A stretch of 64,000 nt of DNA. Source: an uncultured cyanobacterium. GTDB taxonomy: Bacteria > Cyanobacteriota > Cyanobacteriia > Cyanobacteriales > CAWCAG01. Position numbers and translations under genes: made by a program. The first letter of the stretch is position 1. The number at the start of each line of letters is the position of its first letter. The notes under the pieces are model-generated. The model made no database searches. It was not told where the DNA came from and saw only the letters and a list, made by a program, of their open reading frames with translations. The stretch covers positions 1,728,001 to 1,792,000 of the forward strand of contig CAWCAG010000005.1 in the NCBI GenBank assembly GCA_963793425.1. The letters run 5' to 3'. Below are positions 41,191 through 50,565 of this stretch, in pieces.

Positions 41191-42315
41191 TCAATCACTC
41201 ATTATTGATAAAACATATTCTCCTTGATTAACAGCTTGGTTAGTAGCTAAATCAAAAACTAAGCCGTTATTCTCGGCGTGAACGCTAATTTTGTGGGGAA
41301 GTTCATTAGATGCAGGAAAGGATAAAACTTGGTAGAGCAAATCTCCTTTTTGAACTTTAGTACCTAATTCCACCCTGTTTTGGATCATGCCACCAACTGA
41401 AGCATAATACTTTTTGATAGCACTTTTTTGAACTAATTTAATAGCGGTTTGTTCTACTTCATTTAAAGATAAAACTTTTTTGTAAGTAAGATAATTGATG
41501 ATACCGCGAACTCCTTTGGTAACAGAATCAGGTTCAATTACTAAACCAGAACCTAGTTCTAAAGTCCAAGACTCTACATCGAAAGCAACAGTTTGACCAA
41601 CTTGAGCAAATTGTTTTTCTACCGCTAACCAAGGCTTGAGGAAAGCTTCATCGAAAGCATCGCCATCATATTCGTTCATTAAGATGCCAAGTTCTAAAAG
41701 AAAGTATTTAGCACTTTCTTCTCTACCGTGGAAACAATATAAGTAATCAATAGCTTGGTTACTGGAACTATGAATATCGATTACGTAATTAGCATCTAAA
41801 CATAAAGACTGTAAATGATAGCGATAACGTTCACTATAAGGAACACTACTAGGAGCTTTTATTCTCTCTAGTTGCTGCTGAAATGCTGTTAATATTTTCT
41901 CCAGAAAGTTCTTTTGAACCAACTCGGTTTCTAAGGTTAGTTGACTAGCAACAAAGTTACCTAAATCATTACATTCTTTTTCATAATCCCAAAATATGCG
42001 GTTCCAATCTTGACCATTATAAGGGTTAAATCTACCTGTAGAAAAGAAGTGAGTCCGTTCGTTAGTAGCCAGGGGATTGCAAAGAGGAACTAACCAAATT
42101 TCGCCTACAAGTTGCTTTTTATCTAAATCAAAAAGAAAATTTATCAGTTCGTAAATAACTTGATTACCAACAATTTCACAACCATGAAGATTGGCTTGAA
42201 TATAGGATTTCTTACCCGGTTGAGAGCCAATAAATTTATAAACTTGGATAGATAGATTGTCCCCCGAAGCAAGTTGAATGACATCAATGGTAGTAATTTG
42301 TGGTTCCATTATCAA
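41191..42315 (-). CDS. Succinylglutamate desuccinylase/aspartoacylase (M14-like) family protein
   Basis: QANLHGCE, NP, DWNR, DIHS and TLELG motifs. Confidence 0.85.
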   Translation of the reverse strand: MIMEPQITTIDVIQLASGDNLSIQVYKFIGSQPGKKSYIQANLHGCEIVGNQVIYELINFLFDLDKKQLVGEIWLVPLCNPLATNERTHFFSTGRFNPYNGQDWNRIFWDYEKECNDLGNFVASQLTLETELVQKNFLEKILTAFQQQLERIKAPSSVPYSERYRYHLQSLCLDANYVIDIHSSSNQAIDYLYCFHGREESAKYFLLELGILMNEYDGDAFDEAFLKPWLAVEKQFAQVGQTVAFDVESWTLELGSGLVIEPDSVTKGVRGIINYLTYKKVLSLNEVEQTAIKLVQKSAIKKYYASVGGMIQNRVELGTKVQKGDLLYQVLSFPASNELPHKISVHAENNGLVFDLATNQAVNQGEYVLSIMSD

Positions 42316-42336
42316 TTATCAATTATCAGTTATCAA

Positions 42337-42876
42337 CTAGCAATTAGCCATTAGCGATTGTAACTTGTACATATGATCAAACAATTGCCAACAATATTGT
42401 TCGGATAAACCACAAGTTACGGCTCCTCGCAAAACTACGTTAGAATACCAATCATTAGGAGCAATTTCTGCTGTTAGCTTATCAACAACGACATAGGTTC
42501 GTACATTCTGGTAAACAGCTTGTTTAGTTTCCACTGTCACCATTTCTTGACGATAGCCATTATTAGGAACTTCTTCCCGCTTATCAAGGAGGTTGCTTAA
42601 ACGCCAAGGCAAACGATATAATACACCTTGCACTGAAGAGTTAGGATCGCTAACTACGTCCAAGACACCACAATTACGACGAAGGGAACGGCGATAAAAT
42701 CCTAAACGATAGCCTTTCAGGGTGGCAGTGCCAATAATATAGTGATGAGTATTTTCTTGCAGCGATCGCTTCAAATCTACTGGACACATACAAGAGCCGT
42801 AGGCAAAGTAGTTAAAATAATTAGGGTCGGGTTTTGCTGAAGATTGCAGACAAAAGTCTAAAGTAGATTCGCTCAT
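42337..42876 (-). CDS. Gamma-glutamylcyclotransferase family protein
   Basis: YFAYGS, VQGVLY and LDKRE motifs. Confidence 0.85.
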   Translation of the reverse strand: MSESTLDFCLQSSAKPDPNYFNYFAYGSCMCPVDLKRSLQENTHHYIIGTATLKGYRLGFYRRSLRRNCGVLDVVSDPNSSVQGVLYRLPWRLSNLLDKREEVPNNGYRQEMVTVETKQAVYQNVRTYVVVDKLTAEIAPNDWYSNVVLRGAVTCGLSEQYCWQLFDHMYKLQSLMANC

Positions 42877-42969
42877 ACTGAACGTTTTTGCTCTCCTTCA
42901 AGGGTTTGTTACTAATAACTAAGCTAGAATACCAACTCTTTTCCTGTTGAGTAAAAGAAGACCTTTATC

Positions 42970-42988
42970 GTTACAAATTCTTTACAAC
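42970..42988. promoter_or_regulatory. Possible HLR1 (RpaB)-like direct repeat
   Basis: GTTACAAA-ttc-TTTACAAC in the divergent intergenic region; spacing is one base longer than canonical. Confidence 0.3.
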
Positions 42989-43046
42989 AAGAGGAAATTT
43001 ACGATCTTGACCCAGAAGATTGCTTTAAGCTGAAATAATTAATATC

Positions 43047-43160
43047 TATAGCAATTCTCTTAGTTGTGAGGTACTAAATTCTTGGTTTGAGGGAGCAGGG
43101 AGCAGGGAGCAGGGAGCATGAGGAAAAGCTATGTACCTCATGTGGCTTAGAATTGCTATA
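43047..43160. mobile_element. MITE with TATAGCAATTCT terminal inverted repeats
   Basis: TATAGCAATTCT...AGAATTGCTATA with inner GAGGTAC/GTACCTC and AGGGAGC repeats; second copy at 50283-50402, left-end remnant at about 13744. Confidence 0.8.
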
Positions 43161-43185
43161 TAAGCCTTAGTAAACTTCTTTGAAA

Positions 43186-44382
43186 ATGACAGTAGCACCT
43201 CCCCATCTTAAATCTAAAGCTCTTAAACCTGGTAGCCGCAAACCTGCTAAAGAATTATGTAGCGAGTGCGGTTTGTGCGATACCTATTACGTGCATTACG
43301 TCAAAGAAGCTTGTGCGTTTCTTAATCAACAAATTTCCGAGTTAGAAACCCAAGCACACGGACGCAGCCGCGACTTGGATGATGAAAATGAGTTATACTT
43401 TGGTGTGCAAGAGCAGATGATGGCAGCACGGAAGAAAGAACCTATTCCTGGGGCGCAATGGACGGGAATTGTCAGTACCATTGCTTGTGAGATGCTTAAT
43501 CAAGGCATTGTGGAAGGGGTTGTTTGTGTCCAGAATAGCGAAGAAGATCGCTTTCAACCTCTGCCTGTGGTAGCCACAACCCCAGAGGAAGTACTTGCAG
43601 CGAAGGTTAATAAACCAACCCTTTCCCCTAACCTTTCTGTTTTGGAACAGGTAGAAAAATCTGGTTTCAAACGTTTATTGGTGATTGGTGTCGGTTGTCA
43701 AATCCAAGCTTTGCGGGCGGTGCAAAAGGATTTAGGTTTAGAAAAACTCTATGTTTTGGGAACACCCTGTGTAGATAATGTTACCAGGACTGGGTTGCAG
43801 AAGTTCCTCGAAACCACTAGTAAATCTCCAGATACTGTGGTGCATTATGAGTTTATGCAAGACTTTCGCGTCCATTTTAAACACGAAGATGGTTCCACAG
43901 AAAAAGTACCTTTCTTTGGCTTAAAAACCAACCAACTTAAGGATGTCTTTGCACCTTCTTGTTTGAGTTGCTTTGACTACACCAACAGTTTGGCAGACTT
44001 GGTTGTAGGTTATATGGGAGCGCCTTTTGGTTGGCAGTGGTTGACGGTGCGTAACTCATTAGGGCAAGAAATGCTTGATTTGGTGATGGATCAGTTGCAT
44101 ACTCAAGCTGTGATGTCTCAAGGCGATCGCCACAATGCTGTGCAACAAAGCATACCTGCTTACGACAAAGGGGTTACTTTACCAATGTGGGCAGCTAAAT
44201 TGATGGGAGTGGTGATTGAAAAAATTGGCCCTAAAGGTTTAGAATACGGGCGTTTTTCCATTGATTCTCATTTTACTCGCAATTATTTGTATGTGAAACG
44301 CAACTATCCGGAAAAATTAGCTAATCATGTACCGGAGTTTGCTAAACGTATTGTGGGGCAGTATGAGTTACCCGATGAATAA
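43186..44382 (+). CDS. bciB: Ferredoxin-dependent 8-vinyl reductase (FrhB-like)
   Basis: CSECGLCD...EACAF, GAQWTGIV, GVGCQ, GTPCVDN and SCLSCFDY motifs. Confidence 0.85.
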   Translation: MTVAPPHLKSKALKPGSRKPAKELCSECGLCDTYYVHYVKEACAFLNQQISELETQAHGRSRDLDDENELYFGVQEQMMAARKKEPIPGAQWTGIVSTIACEMLNQGIVEGVVCVQNSEEDRFQPLPVVATTPEEVLAAKVNKPTLSPNLSVLEQVEKSGFKRLLVIGVGCQIQALRAVQKDLGLEKLYVLGTPCVDNVTRTGLQKFLETTSKSPDTVVHYEFMQDFRVHFKHEDGSTEKVPFFGLKTNQLKDVFAPSCLSCFDYTNSLADLVVGYMGAPFGWQWLTVRNSLGQEMLDLVMDQLHTQAVMSQGDRHNAVQQSIPAYDKGVTLPMWAAKLMGVVIEKIGPKGLEYGRFSIDSHFTRNYLYVKRNYPEKLANHVPEFAKRIVGQYELPDE

Positions 44383-45184
44383 AACTAGTAACCTCAAAGT
44401 TGTTACCATTAATATCCTTTTTGAAATGAAAGAATGGCAACAGCGTCGGGAACTTTTGGTAAAAGGTTTAGCCGCAGAAAATGCTGATTTGATTGCTTTG
44501 CAAGAGGTTAAACTGCCGGAGGATAATAGTGTTTGGTTGGCTGAAAAACTTAGTTTACCTTATATCCATTTAGTTCCCTATGAACAATCAGAAATTAAAC
44601 ATATTCCTCTCTACGGGGCAGCTATTCTCAGTCGCTATCCTTTCAGTAAAAAAGCTATTCTTGATTTAGCATCTCAAGGTAGAAAAGCTCAATATGTACA
44701 AATAGAATGGCAAGGAAAACCTTTAATATTTTGCAATGGGCATTATTATTGGCATCCTGGCCCTTCCCCCGGTAGAGTTAAACAAATAGAGTTACTCCTT
44801 GATTGGTTAGGGAGCTTACCTCAAGAAACTCCGCTCATCGCTGTGGGAGACTTCAACGGTACTCCTGATACTCCGGCGATCGCACTTATGAGAGAACAGT
44901 TTACTTCTGCCTACGCAGCTTATCATGGCCAAGAGCCAGAATACACTTGCCCTACCCCTTTGGCTTGGCATGGTTGGCAACGCAAATGGCGTTCATTTAA
45001 GCTCAATCTGCTCAAAAATCGCACTCTTAAACCTTGGCGCGGGACACTGGATTATATTTTTATTAACCAGCATCTCAAAGTAAAAGATTGCCACCTCATC
45101 CTCAATCAATCTTCACCCTACAGTCGAACTCTTTATCCTTCTGATCACTTTGGTATGGCAGCTTTGCTAACAGCAAAATGTTAA
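44375..45184 (+). CDS. Endonuclease/exonuclease/phosphatase (EEP) family protein
   Basis: TIN, LQEV, GDFN, LDYIF and SDH motifs; ATG overlaps the upstream stop. Confidence 0.88.
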   Translation: MNKTSNLKVVTINILFEMKEWQQRRELLVKGLAAENADLIALQEVKLPEDNSVWLAEKLSLPYIHLVPYEQSEIKHIPLYGAAILSRYPFSKKAILDLASQGRKAQYVQIEWQGKPLIFCNGHYYWHPGPSPGRVKQIELLLDWLGSLPQETPLIAVGDFNGTPDTPAIALMREQFTSAYAAYHGQEPEYTCPTPLAWHGWQRKWRSFKLNLLKNRTLKPWRGTLDYIFINQHLKVKDCHLILNQSSPYSRTLYPSDHFGMAALLTAKC

Positions 45185-45237
45185 ACTAATTCCCAATGGT
45201 CAATGATGCCTAACGGCAACGGCAAGCCGTACAATGA

Positions 45238-46962
45238 TCAATGATCAGGAGGTATAGGAATTTCGATAATAAACTCGGAACCTTTGCCAGGAGTTGAAAT
45301 ACACCATAGTTGTCCCCCGTGTTTTTCAACAATAATTTGATGAGAAATTGATAACCCTAAACCTGTACCTTTGCCCACAGATTTAGTGGTAAAGAAAGGA
45401 TCAAAAAGGCGAGAATGAACTTTTTCTGTCATACCTGGACCATTGTCAGCAATTCTGATTACCACTCGGTCATTTTCTTTCAATTCTGTACGGATTACAA
45501 CTTGAGGTAGAAAACAGAATGCAGCGTTTTGTTGTTGGTGATGGAAATCTTTTAAAGCATCAACGGCATTAGCGATGATGTTCATAAATACTTGGTTTAT
45601 TTGCCCAGGATGACATTTAATCCGGGGCAAATCCGTATAGTCTTTAATGATTTGAATGCCAGGAAAACTCGATTTTGCTTTGAGTTTGTTACCAAGAATC
45701 ATCAAGGTGTTATTAATGCCTTCGTGTAAGTCTGCATACTTTTTTCCCTTCTCATCTAAACGGGAGAAATTCTTAAGCGATCGCACAATTTCACAAATTC
45801 TTTCTGTACCTACTTGCATCGAAGCAAGCAATTTTGGTAAGTCTTCTTGGAGAAATTCTAAATCAATATTTTCTGCTTCCTCTTCTATTTCCGGAATTGG
45901 TTCGGTTACTTTTTCTTGATACATTTGCACCAATCTAAGGAGGTCTCCTGTGTATTCCCTCGCATGGCTTAAGTTGCCGTGAATAAAGCTAATGGGGTTA
46001 TTAATTTCATGGGCAACTCCAGCAACCATTTGTCCTAAACCAGACATCTTTTCTGTTTGAATTAGTTGCGATTGAGTATTTTGTAGTTTATCTAGAGTTT
46101 TTTGGAGGTTTAAAGCTTGGGATTCTGCTTTAGCCGCGAACTTTTGTGATTCTCTACTCCGACGGGAAAGCTGAATAAAATGGTTGAGGGAAGTGCGGGA
46201 GGCAACCATGCCAGCAATAACGGCTGAGAGCAAAATACTGATGATAATAATTTGTTTTTCTACTACTTGAGATGCCTGCCTATTTAATTCTTCTTGTTTA
46301 ACTTTTTCTTTGGCCTTTTCGAGTACGATTGCTAATTCTTGGTTAAGTTTGTCAAGATTTGCAAGTCTTTTTTCGACTTTATCGAGGTCTTCTGGTTTTT
46401 GAAGAGCAGAGTTTATTTCTTGAGAGTATAAATTTATTTGAGTGGTATAGTTACGCAGCAAATCCTGTAATCTGTCTGCCCTTTCTACTAAAACTAAAGG
46501 TCTACTAAGAGCAAACTTTTCTATCTTACTACGAGCATTATTAACTTGTCTGACATTTCCGGCTAGATAAATCTTTTTGTTGTTAAATTTCTCGGGATTA
46601 TCTACCAAAGAAATTAAGCGATAGCTATTAAACTGAGCTTCTTCAACACTAGATTTAAAATCTTCTAATAGTTCGCTTTGTTCCCTAGCATTAGCTAAGC
46701 TTTTTACTCCCTGATCTTGCTGATAATCAGCAATAAGTAAACCAATTAAAGGACCGAAAAAACCAATTCCTATAGACCAAAAATAACCATAACTAGACTT
46801 TTCAGGAAGCCTCCAAGTCCGACTTTTAAGCTGCCACCCCAGCTCCGATTCAGCTCTTTCTCCCTCTGAAGATATAGGGATGTTTGGGGTAGAACTTTGA
46901 GTTGAGGAAACTGTATCTTTCACTACTGTTTTTGGTGCAGTTATAGGCCTATGAAGTGCCAT
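45238..46962 (-). CDS. Membrane sensor histidine kinase
   Basis: Two transmembrane segments, AHEINNP H-box, NIIANA, DNGPG, FFTTK and GTGLGL. Confidence 0.92.
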   Translation of the reverse strand: MALHRPITAPKTVVKDTVSSTQSSTPNIPISSEGERAESELGWQLKSRTWRLPEKSSYGYFWSIGIGFFGPLIGLLIADYQQDQGVKSLANAREQSELLEDFKSSVEEAQFNSYRLISLVDNPEKFNNKKIYLAGNVRQVNNARSKIEKFALSRPLVLVERADRLQDLLRNYTTQINLYSQEINSALQKPEDLDKVEKRLANLDKLNQELAIVLEKAKEKVKQEELNRQASQVVEKQIIIISILLSAVIAGMVASRTSLNHFIQLSRRSRESQKFAAKAESQALNLQKTLDKLQNTQSQLIQTEKMSGLGQMVAGVAHEINNPISFIHGNLSHAREYTGDLLRLVQMYQEKVTEPIPEIEEEAENIDLEFLQEDLPKLLASMQVGTERICEIVRSLKNFSRLDEKGKKYADLHEGINNTLMILGNKLKAKSSFPGIQIIKDYTDLPRIKCHPGQINQVFMNIIANAVDALKDFHHQQQNAAFCFLPQVVIRTELKENDRVVIRIADNGPGMTEKVHSRLFDPFFTTKSVGKGTGLGLSISHQIIVEKHGGQLWCISTPGKGSEFIIEIPIPPDH

Positions 46963-47088
46963 GAGTTTAAGCTCCTGATCTGAGGAAATGAAGAGATAGA
47001 AATTCTGGACTAATGTTAAGCTGCACCACCAAATTCTTAACAGTATAAATCCTATTTAAGAGGAATTCCCAAATTTTCTCAAAAATTC

Positions 47089-47589
47089 TCACAAAAACTC
47101 ATATTTCTGCTCTAAGCCATTGAGGGTAATTTGCTCGTAATACTCAAAAGGTTGACGAATCCAAGGATTATCAGATAAATAATTAACGCAATAATCGGGA
47201 ACAAAAATAGAGCAAGCTTTATGCCAAATAACGGCTGTCCGAATTTCTTCTATATCGTCAGAATAATGTTCCTTTAACCAATTAACGCCTTCAGCAAGAC
47301 TATAACCAGAGTCAACTAAATCATCTACCAACAGCACTTTGCTACCCACTGAAGGGGTGGTCATTGCTAAATGCTTAGAGAAAGCTAATTGACCACGAAC
47401 TTTGTTATTACAACCACCGTAGGAGGAAGCAAAGAGAATAGCTAAGGGTTTGTCATAAATACGAGAAAGAAGATCCCCAACCCGTAACCCTCCCCTGGCA
47501 AGACAAACAATTTGCTCAAAATGCCAGCGATCGCGGTGAATTTTAACAGCTAGGGTTTCAATTAAGTTATGGTACATAGTTATTAACAA
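47089..47589 (-). CDS. Type I phosphoribosyltransferase, possibly 5'-truncated
   Basis: LARGG, VLLVDDLVDSG and WIRQPFE motifs. Confidence 0.8.
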   Translation of the reverse strand: MLITMYHNLIETLAVKIHRDRWHFEQIVCLARGGLRVGDLLSRIYDKPLAILFASSYGGCNNKVRGQLAFSKHLAMTTPSVGSKVLLVDDLVDSGYSLAEGVNWLKEHYSDDIEEIRTAVIWHKACSIFVPDYCVNYLSDNPWIRQPFEYYEQITLNGLEQKYEFL

Positions 47590-47600
47590 TCAACAATATA

Positions 47601-49001
47601 ATGACTACGAAAAATAAACTAAGTTTTATTAATAAAGTTGCCTACGGGGTTGGGGATCTTGGGGCTGGGGTTACTTCAACTTTAATTGTCTTTTCTTTAC
47701 TAATTTTTCTTACTGATGTTGCTGGCTTAAGACCAGAATTAGCGGCAACGGTTCTTTTGATTGGTAAAGTTTGGGACGCTATAATGGACCCGATAGTCGG
47801 GATGTTAAGCGATCGCACTCGTCTGCGTTGGGGTCGTCGCCACTCTTGGATGCTATTTGCTGCTATACCTTTTGGTGTTTCTTTTTTCCTTTATTGGATT
47901 GTCCCTAATTTTAGTAGTGATCCTGATACTAATCAGTGGCTTTTGTTTAGTTACTACGTTGTGATTGGCCTCATCTTTAACACGGCTTTCACCTGTGTTA
48001 ATATCCCCTATTCTGCCCTCACTCCAGAGTTAACAGATGATTATGACGAACGGACAAGTTTGAATAGTTTTCGCTTTGTCTTTTCTATTAGTGGTAGTCT
48101 TTTTACTTTAGCCTTTGGAGAGTTGATTTTTCAAATTATTCCTGACCCTCAACCAAGGTTTCTACTTATAGCTTCTATCTGCGCTTGTTTGGCGATTATT
48201 CCTACTTATTTATGTGTTTGGGGAACTACTGATCCTTCCGTAGAACGTAATCAAAACAGACAAGAAACGCCTACCGAATCTATCTCTTTACCAGAACAAT
48301 TAAAAATCGTTTTTAGTAACCGTCCTTTTCTGTTTGTAATTGGTATTTATCTCTGTTCTTGGTTAGCTTTCCAATTAACCGCCGCAACTATTGCTTATTA
48401 TCTAATTTATTGGATGAGGCAAGATTCTTTCTTTATTGCTGCTTTGGTAGTACAAGCTGTTGCTTTAGTTATGTTGTTGGTTTGGACTGAGGTTAGTAAA
48501 AAAGTTGGTCGTCGGGCAGTTTATTTTATGGGTATGAGCCTTTGGATTGTGGCCCAAGGGGCGCTTTTCTTCTTACCTAGAGATCAAATTGCTTTGATGT
48601 ATTTCCTGTTTGTTTTAGCAGGATTTGGTATTGCTACTGTTTATTTAGTTCCTTGGTCAATGTTACCGGATGTAACTGACTTAGATGAATATCGTAGTGG
48701 CAAAAGAAGAGAAGGTATCTTTTATGCTTTTATGATTTTGTTACAAAAGATTGGTTTAGCTTTAGGTATTTGGCTTGTTGGGCAAGGTTTATCCTTTGCT
48801 GGCTATATTGAACCCCAGGGAGGAAAACAAGTATTAGAACAACCAGAATCTGCTTTATTGGTTATTCGCCTTTTTGTTGGCCCTTTGCCGACAATTTTCC
48901 TGATCGGTGGCTTGATTCTTGCCTACTTTTATCCTCTTAGTAAGGAAGTTCATGCTGATATTATGCTGCAATTGCAAGAGAGGAGAAATGCAGATGTTTA
49001 A
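47601..49001 (+). CDS. GPH/MelB-family MFS symporter
   Basis: YGVGDLG, WDAIMDPIVGMLSDRT..WGRR, IPYSAL and ERTSLNSFR motifs. Confidence 0.88.
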   Translation: MTTKNKLSFINKVAYGVGDLGAGVTSTLIVFSLLIFLTDVAGLRPELAATVLLIGKVWDAIMDPIVGMLSDRTRLRWGRRHSWMLFAAIPFGVSFFLYWIVPNFSSDPDTNQWLLFSYYVVIGLIFNTAFTCVNIPYSALTPELTDDYDERTSLNSFRFVFSISGSLFTLAFGELIFQIIPDPQPRFLLIASICACLAIIPTYLCVWGTTDPSVERNQNRQETPTESISLPEQLKIVFSNRPFLFVIGIYLCSWLAFQLTAATIAYYLIYWMRQDSFFIAALVVQAVALVMLLVWTEVSKKVGRRAVYFMGMSLWIVAQGALFFLPRDQIALMYFLFVLAGFGIATVYLVPWSMLPDVTDLDEYRSGKRREGIFYAFMILLQKIGLALGIWLVGQGLSFAGYIEPQGGKQVLEQPESALLVIRLFVGPLPTIFLIGGLILAYFYPLSKEVHADIMLQLQERRNADV

Positions 49002-49016
49002 GTAGACACAGAGCAA

Positions 49017-49664
49017 TTATCTCACCAAAGTGACATTCAATTTATAGCCTGCAAAATCTCCACCAAAATTATCTAAAGTTACGGGACTTAATTCAGGGCC
49101 AATCCAATAATAGCTGCTTACTTCTCCCTCAGTAATTGTTTCTCTATATTCCCCATATTTCTTAGCTACTTCCTTAGCCATTTCTGCAAAAGAAAGTTCG
49201 TTTTTTAAACTAGGGTCAAAAACTAGTTGAATTGACCGAAGATTTTGAGGTTCCCCAGCATTGTTTTTGGAAAAATAAAGCTCATATTTTTGTAATCCTG
49301 GCACGTCCTCAACCCTGATTTCACTAAATCCAAATTGAGAAACTTCCTCTGCTCCTGGTAAAACTTTACTCACTTCTTCTGGGTTCATACCTCTTTTTAA
49401 ATCCTTGTCGGCAATTACTTTAGGAAGCCAGCTCTCTTGTGTCGTTCCTATAATTGCGGCAATTTGCTCTTCAGTACTTGCAGCATTGGCTGTAGAACTT
49501 GTTTCTGTTGTTTCGTCAGGAGAAGCTTCAGTAACCACAGAAGTATTTTCTTCTTGTTCTACTGATTCATTCCTGCTTAGGGTTTCGGACTTGGTACAAC
49601 TGTTAAGTATTAGAAATGAAGCTATTAACAGAAAAGCAAAATATTTTTTGTAGTTCATTGTCAA
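49017..49664 (-). CDS. Putative lipoprotein
   Basis: KK, hydrophobic stretch, LNSC lipobox, acidic linker. Confidence 0.6.
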   Translation of the reverse strand: MTMNYKKYFAFLLIASFLILNSCTKSETLSRNESVEQEENTSVVTEASPDETTETSSTANAASTEEQIAAIIGTTQESWLPKVIADKDLKRGMNPEEVSKVLPGAEEVSQFGFSEIRVEDVPGLQKYELYFSKNNAGEPQNLRSIQLVFDPSLKNELSFAEMAKEVAKKYGEYRETITEGEVSSYYWIGPELSPVTLDNFGGDFAGYKLNVTLVR

Positions 49665-49756
49665 GGTTCACTCTCTATTAGTTAAGTCCTGTGTATCGAC
49701 ACTCTACAAAGTAGTTAGAGCAAATTCCTGAAAGTTGTTTGACAAACTTGATTTTT

Positions 49757-49825
49757 CCTTTCTTGACATGGTATTATGTACATGGTGGAAAAGGTGCGCC
49801 CTGAAAAGTAGTTTTTAAAAACTTC
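49757..49825 (-). repeat. Dispersed repeat, copy 2 (inverted)
   Basis: CTTGACATGGTATTATGTACATGGTGGAAAAGGTGCGCCC..GTTTTTAAAAAC. Confidence 0.8.
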
Positions 49826-49855
49826 ATTTAGTAAGTTTCTCAAAAAAGCATTGAA

Positions 49856-50278
49856 TCATTCTTGATGCCATTGATAAACCTGTTTGAGTTGAGAGAAACT
49901 TGCTTTTCCTGCTGGGGTAGCTGTAATAGGGAAATAACCAATTTCCCTGACTTTTTGAGGATGTTGGACAACTTTTGCCCCCAAAACCCTAGCTAATAAT
50001 TGTGCTCCCAAACAGATACCTAAAAAGGGTTTTCCTGATGCGATCGCAGTCGGAATCCAGTTTGATTCTGTCTGAATATGGGGCAAGGTTTGGTCATCGT
50101 TAGCACTCATCGGACTACCAAAAATGATCACAGCTTCGTGATAATCTAAACTGACAGGAAGTTCCTGCCCCACACTAGGAATGCGAACATCAAGTTCATA
50201 TCCTGCCTGTTGCAATAACTTTCCTACTAATCCTGGATTAGATATTGTTTGGTGAACAATAACCAAAATTTGCTGCAT
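49856..50278 (-). pseudogene. 3'-truncated class I glutamine amidotransferase
   Basis: GSPMS and GICLGAQL present; ends at YQWHQE* and lacks the catalytic HxE segment. Confidence 0.75.
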
Positions 50279-50282
50279 TACT

Positions 50283-50402
50283 TATAGCAATTCTCTTAAT
50301 TGTAAGGTACTAAATTATTTGTTTGAGGGTTCGCGTAGCGTTGCCGTAGGCTACAGGGAGTATAAGGAAAAGCTATTTACCTCATGTAACTTAGAATTGT
50401 TA
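50283..50402. mobile_element. MITE, second copy of 43047-43160
   Basis: TATAGCAATTCTCTT...GGAAAAGCTAT.TACCTCATGT..CTTAGAATTGTTA. Confidence 0.75.
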
Positions 50403-50404
50403 CA

Positions 50405-50565
50405 TTACCTATTACCTATTACTTATTACCTATTACCTATTACCTATTACCTATTACCTATTACTTATTACTTATTACCTATTACTTATTACCTATTACC
50501 TATTACCTATTACCTATTACTTATTACTTATTACTTATTACTTATTACTTATTACTTATTACTTA
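50405..50565. repeat. Heptamer tandem repeat TTACCTA/TTACTTA, about 23 units
   Basis: Read directly; runs into the polA stop codon. Confidence 0.92.
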
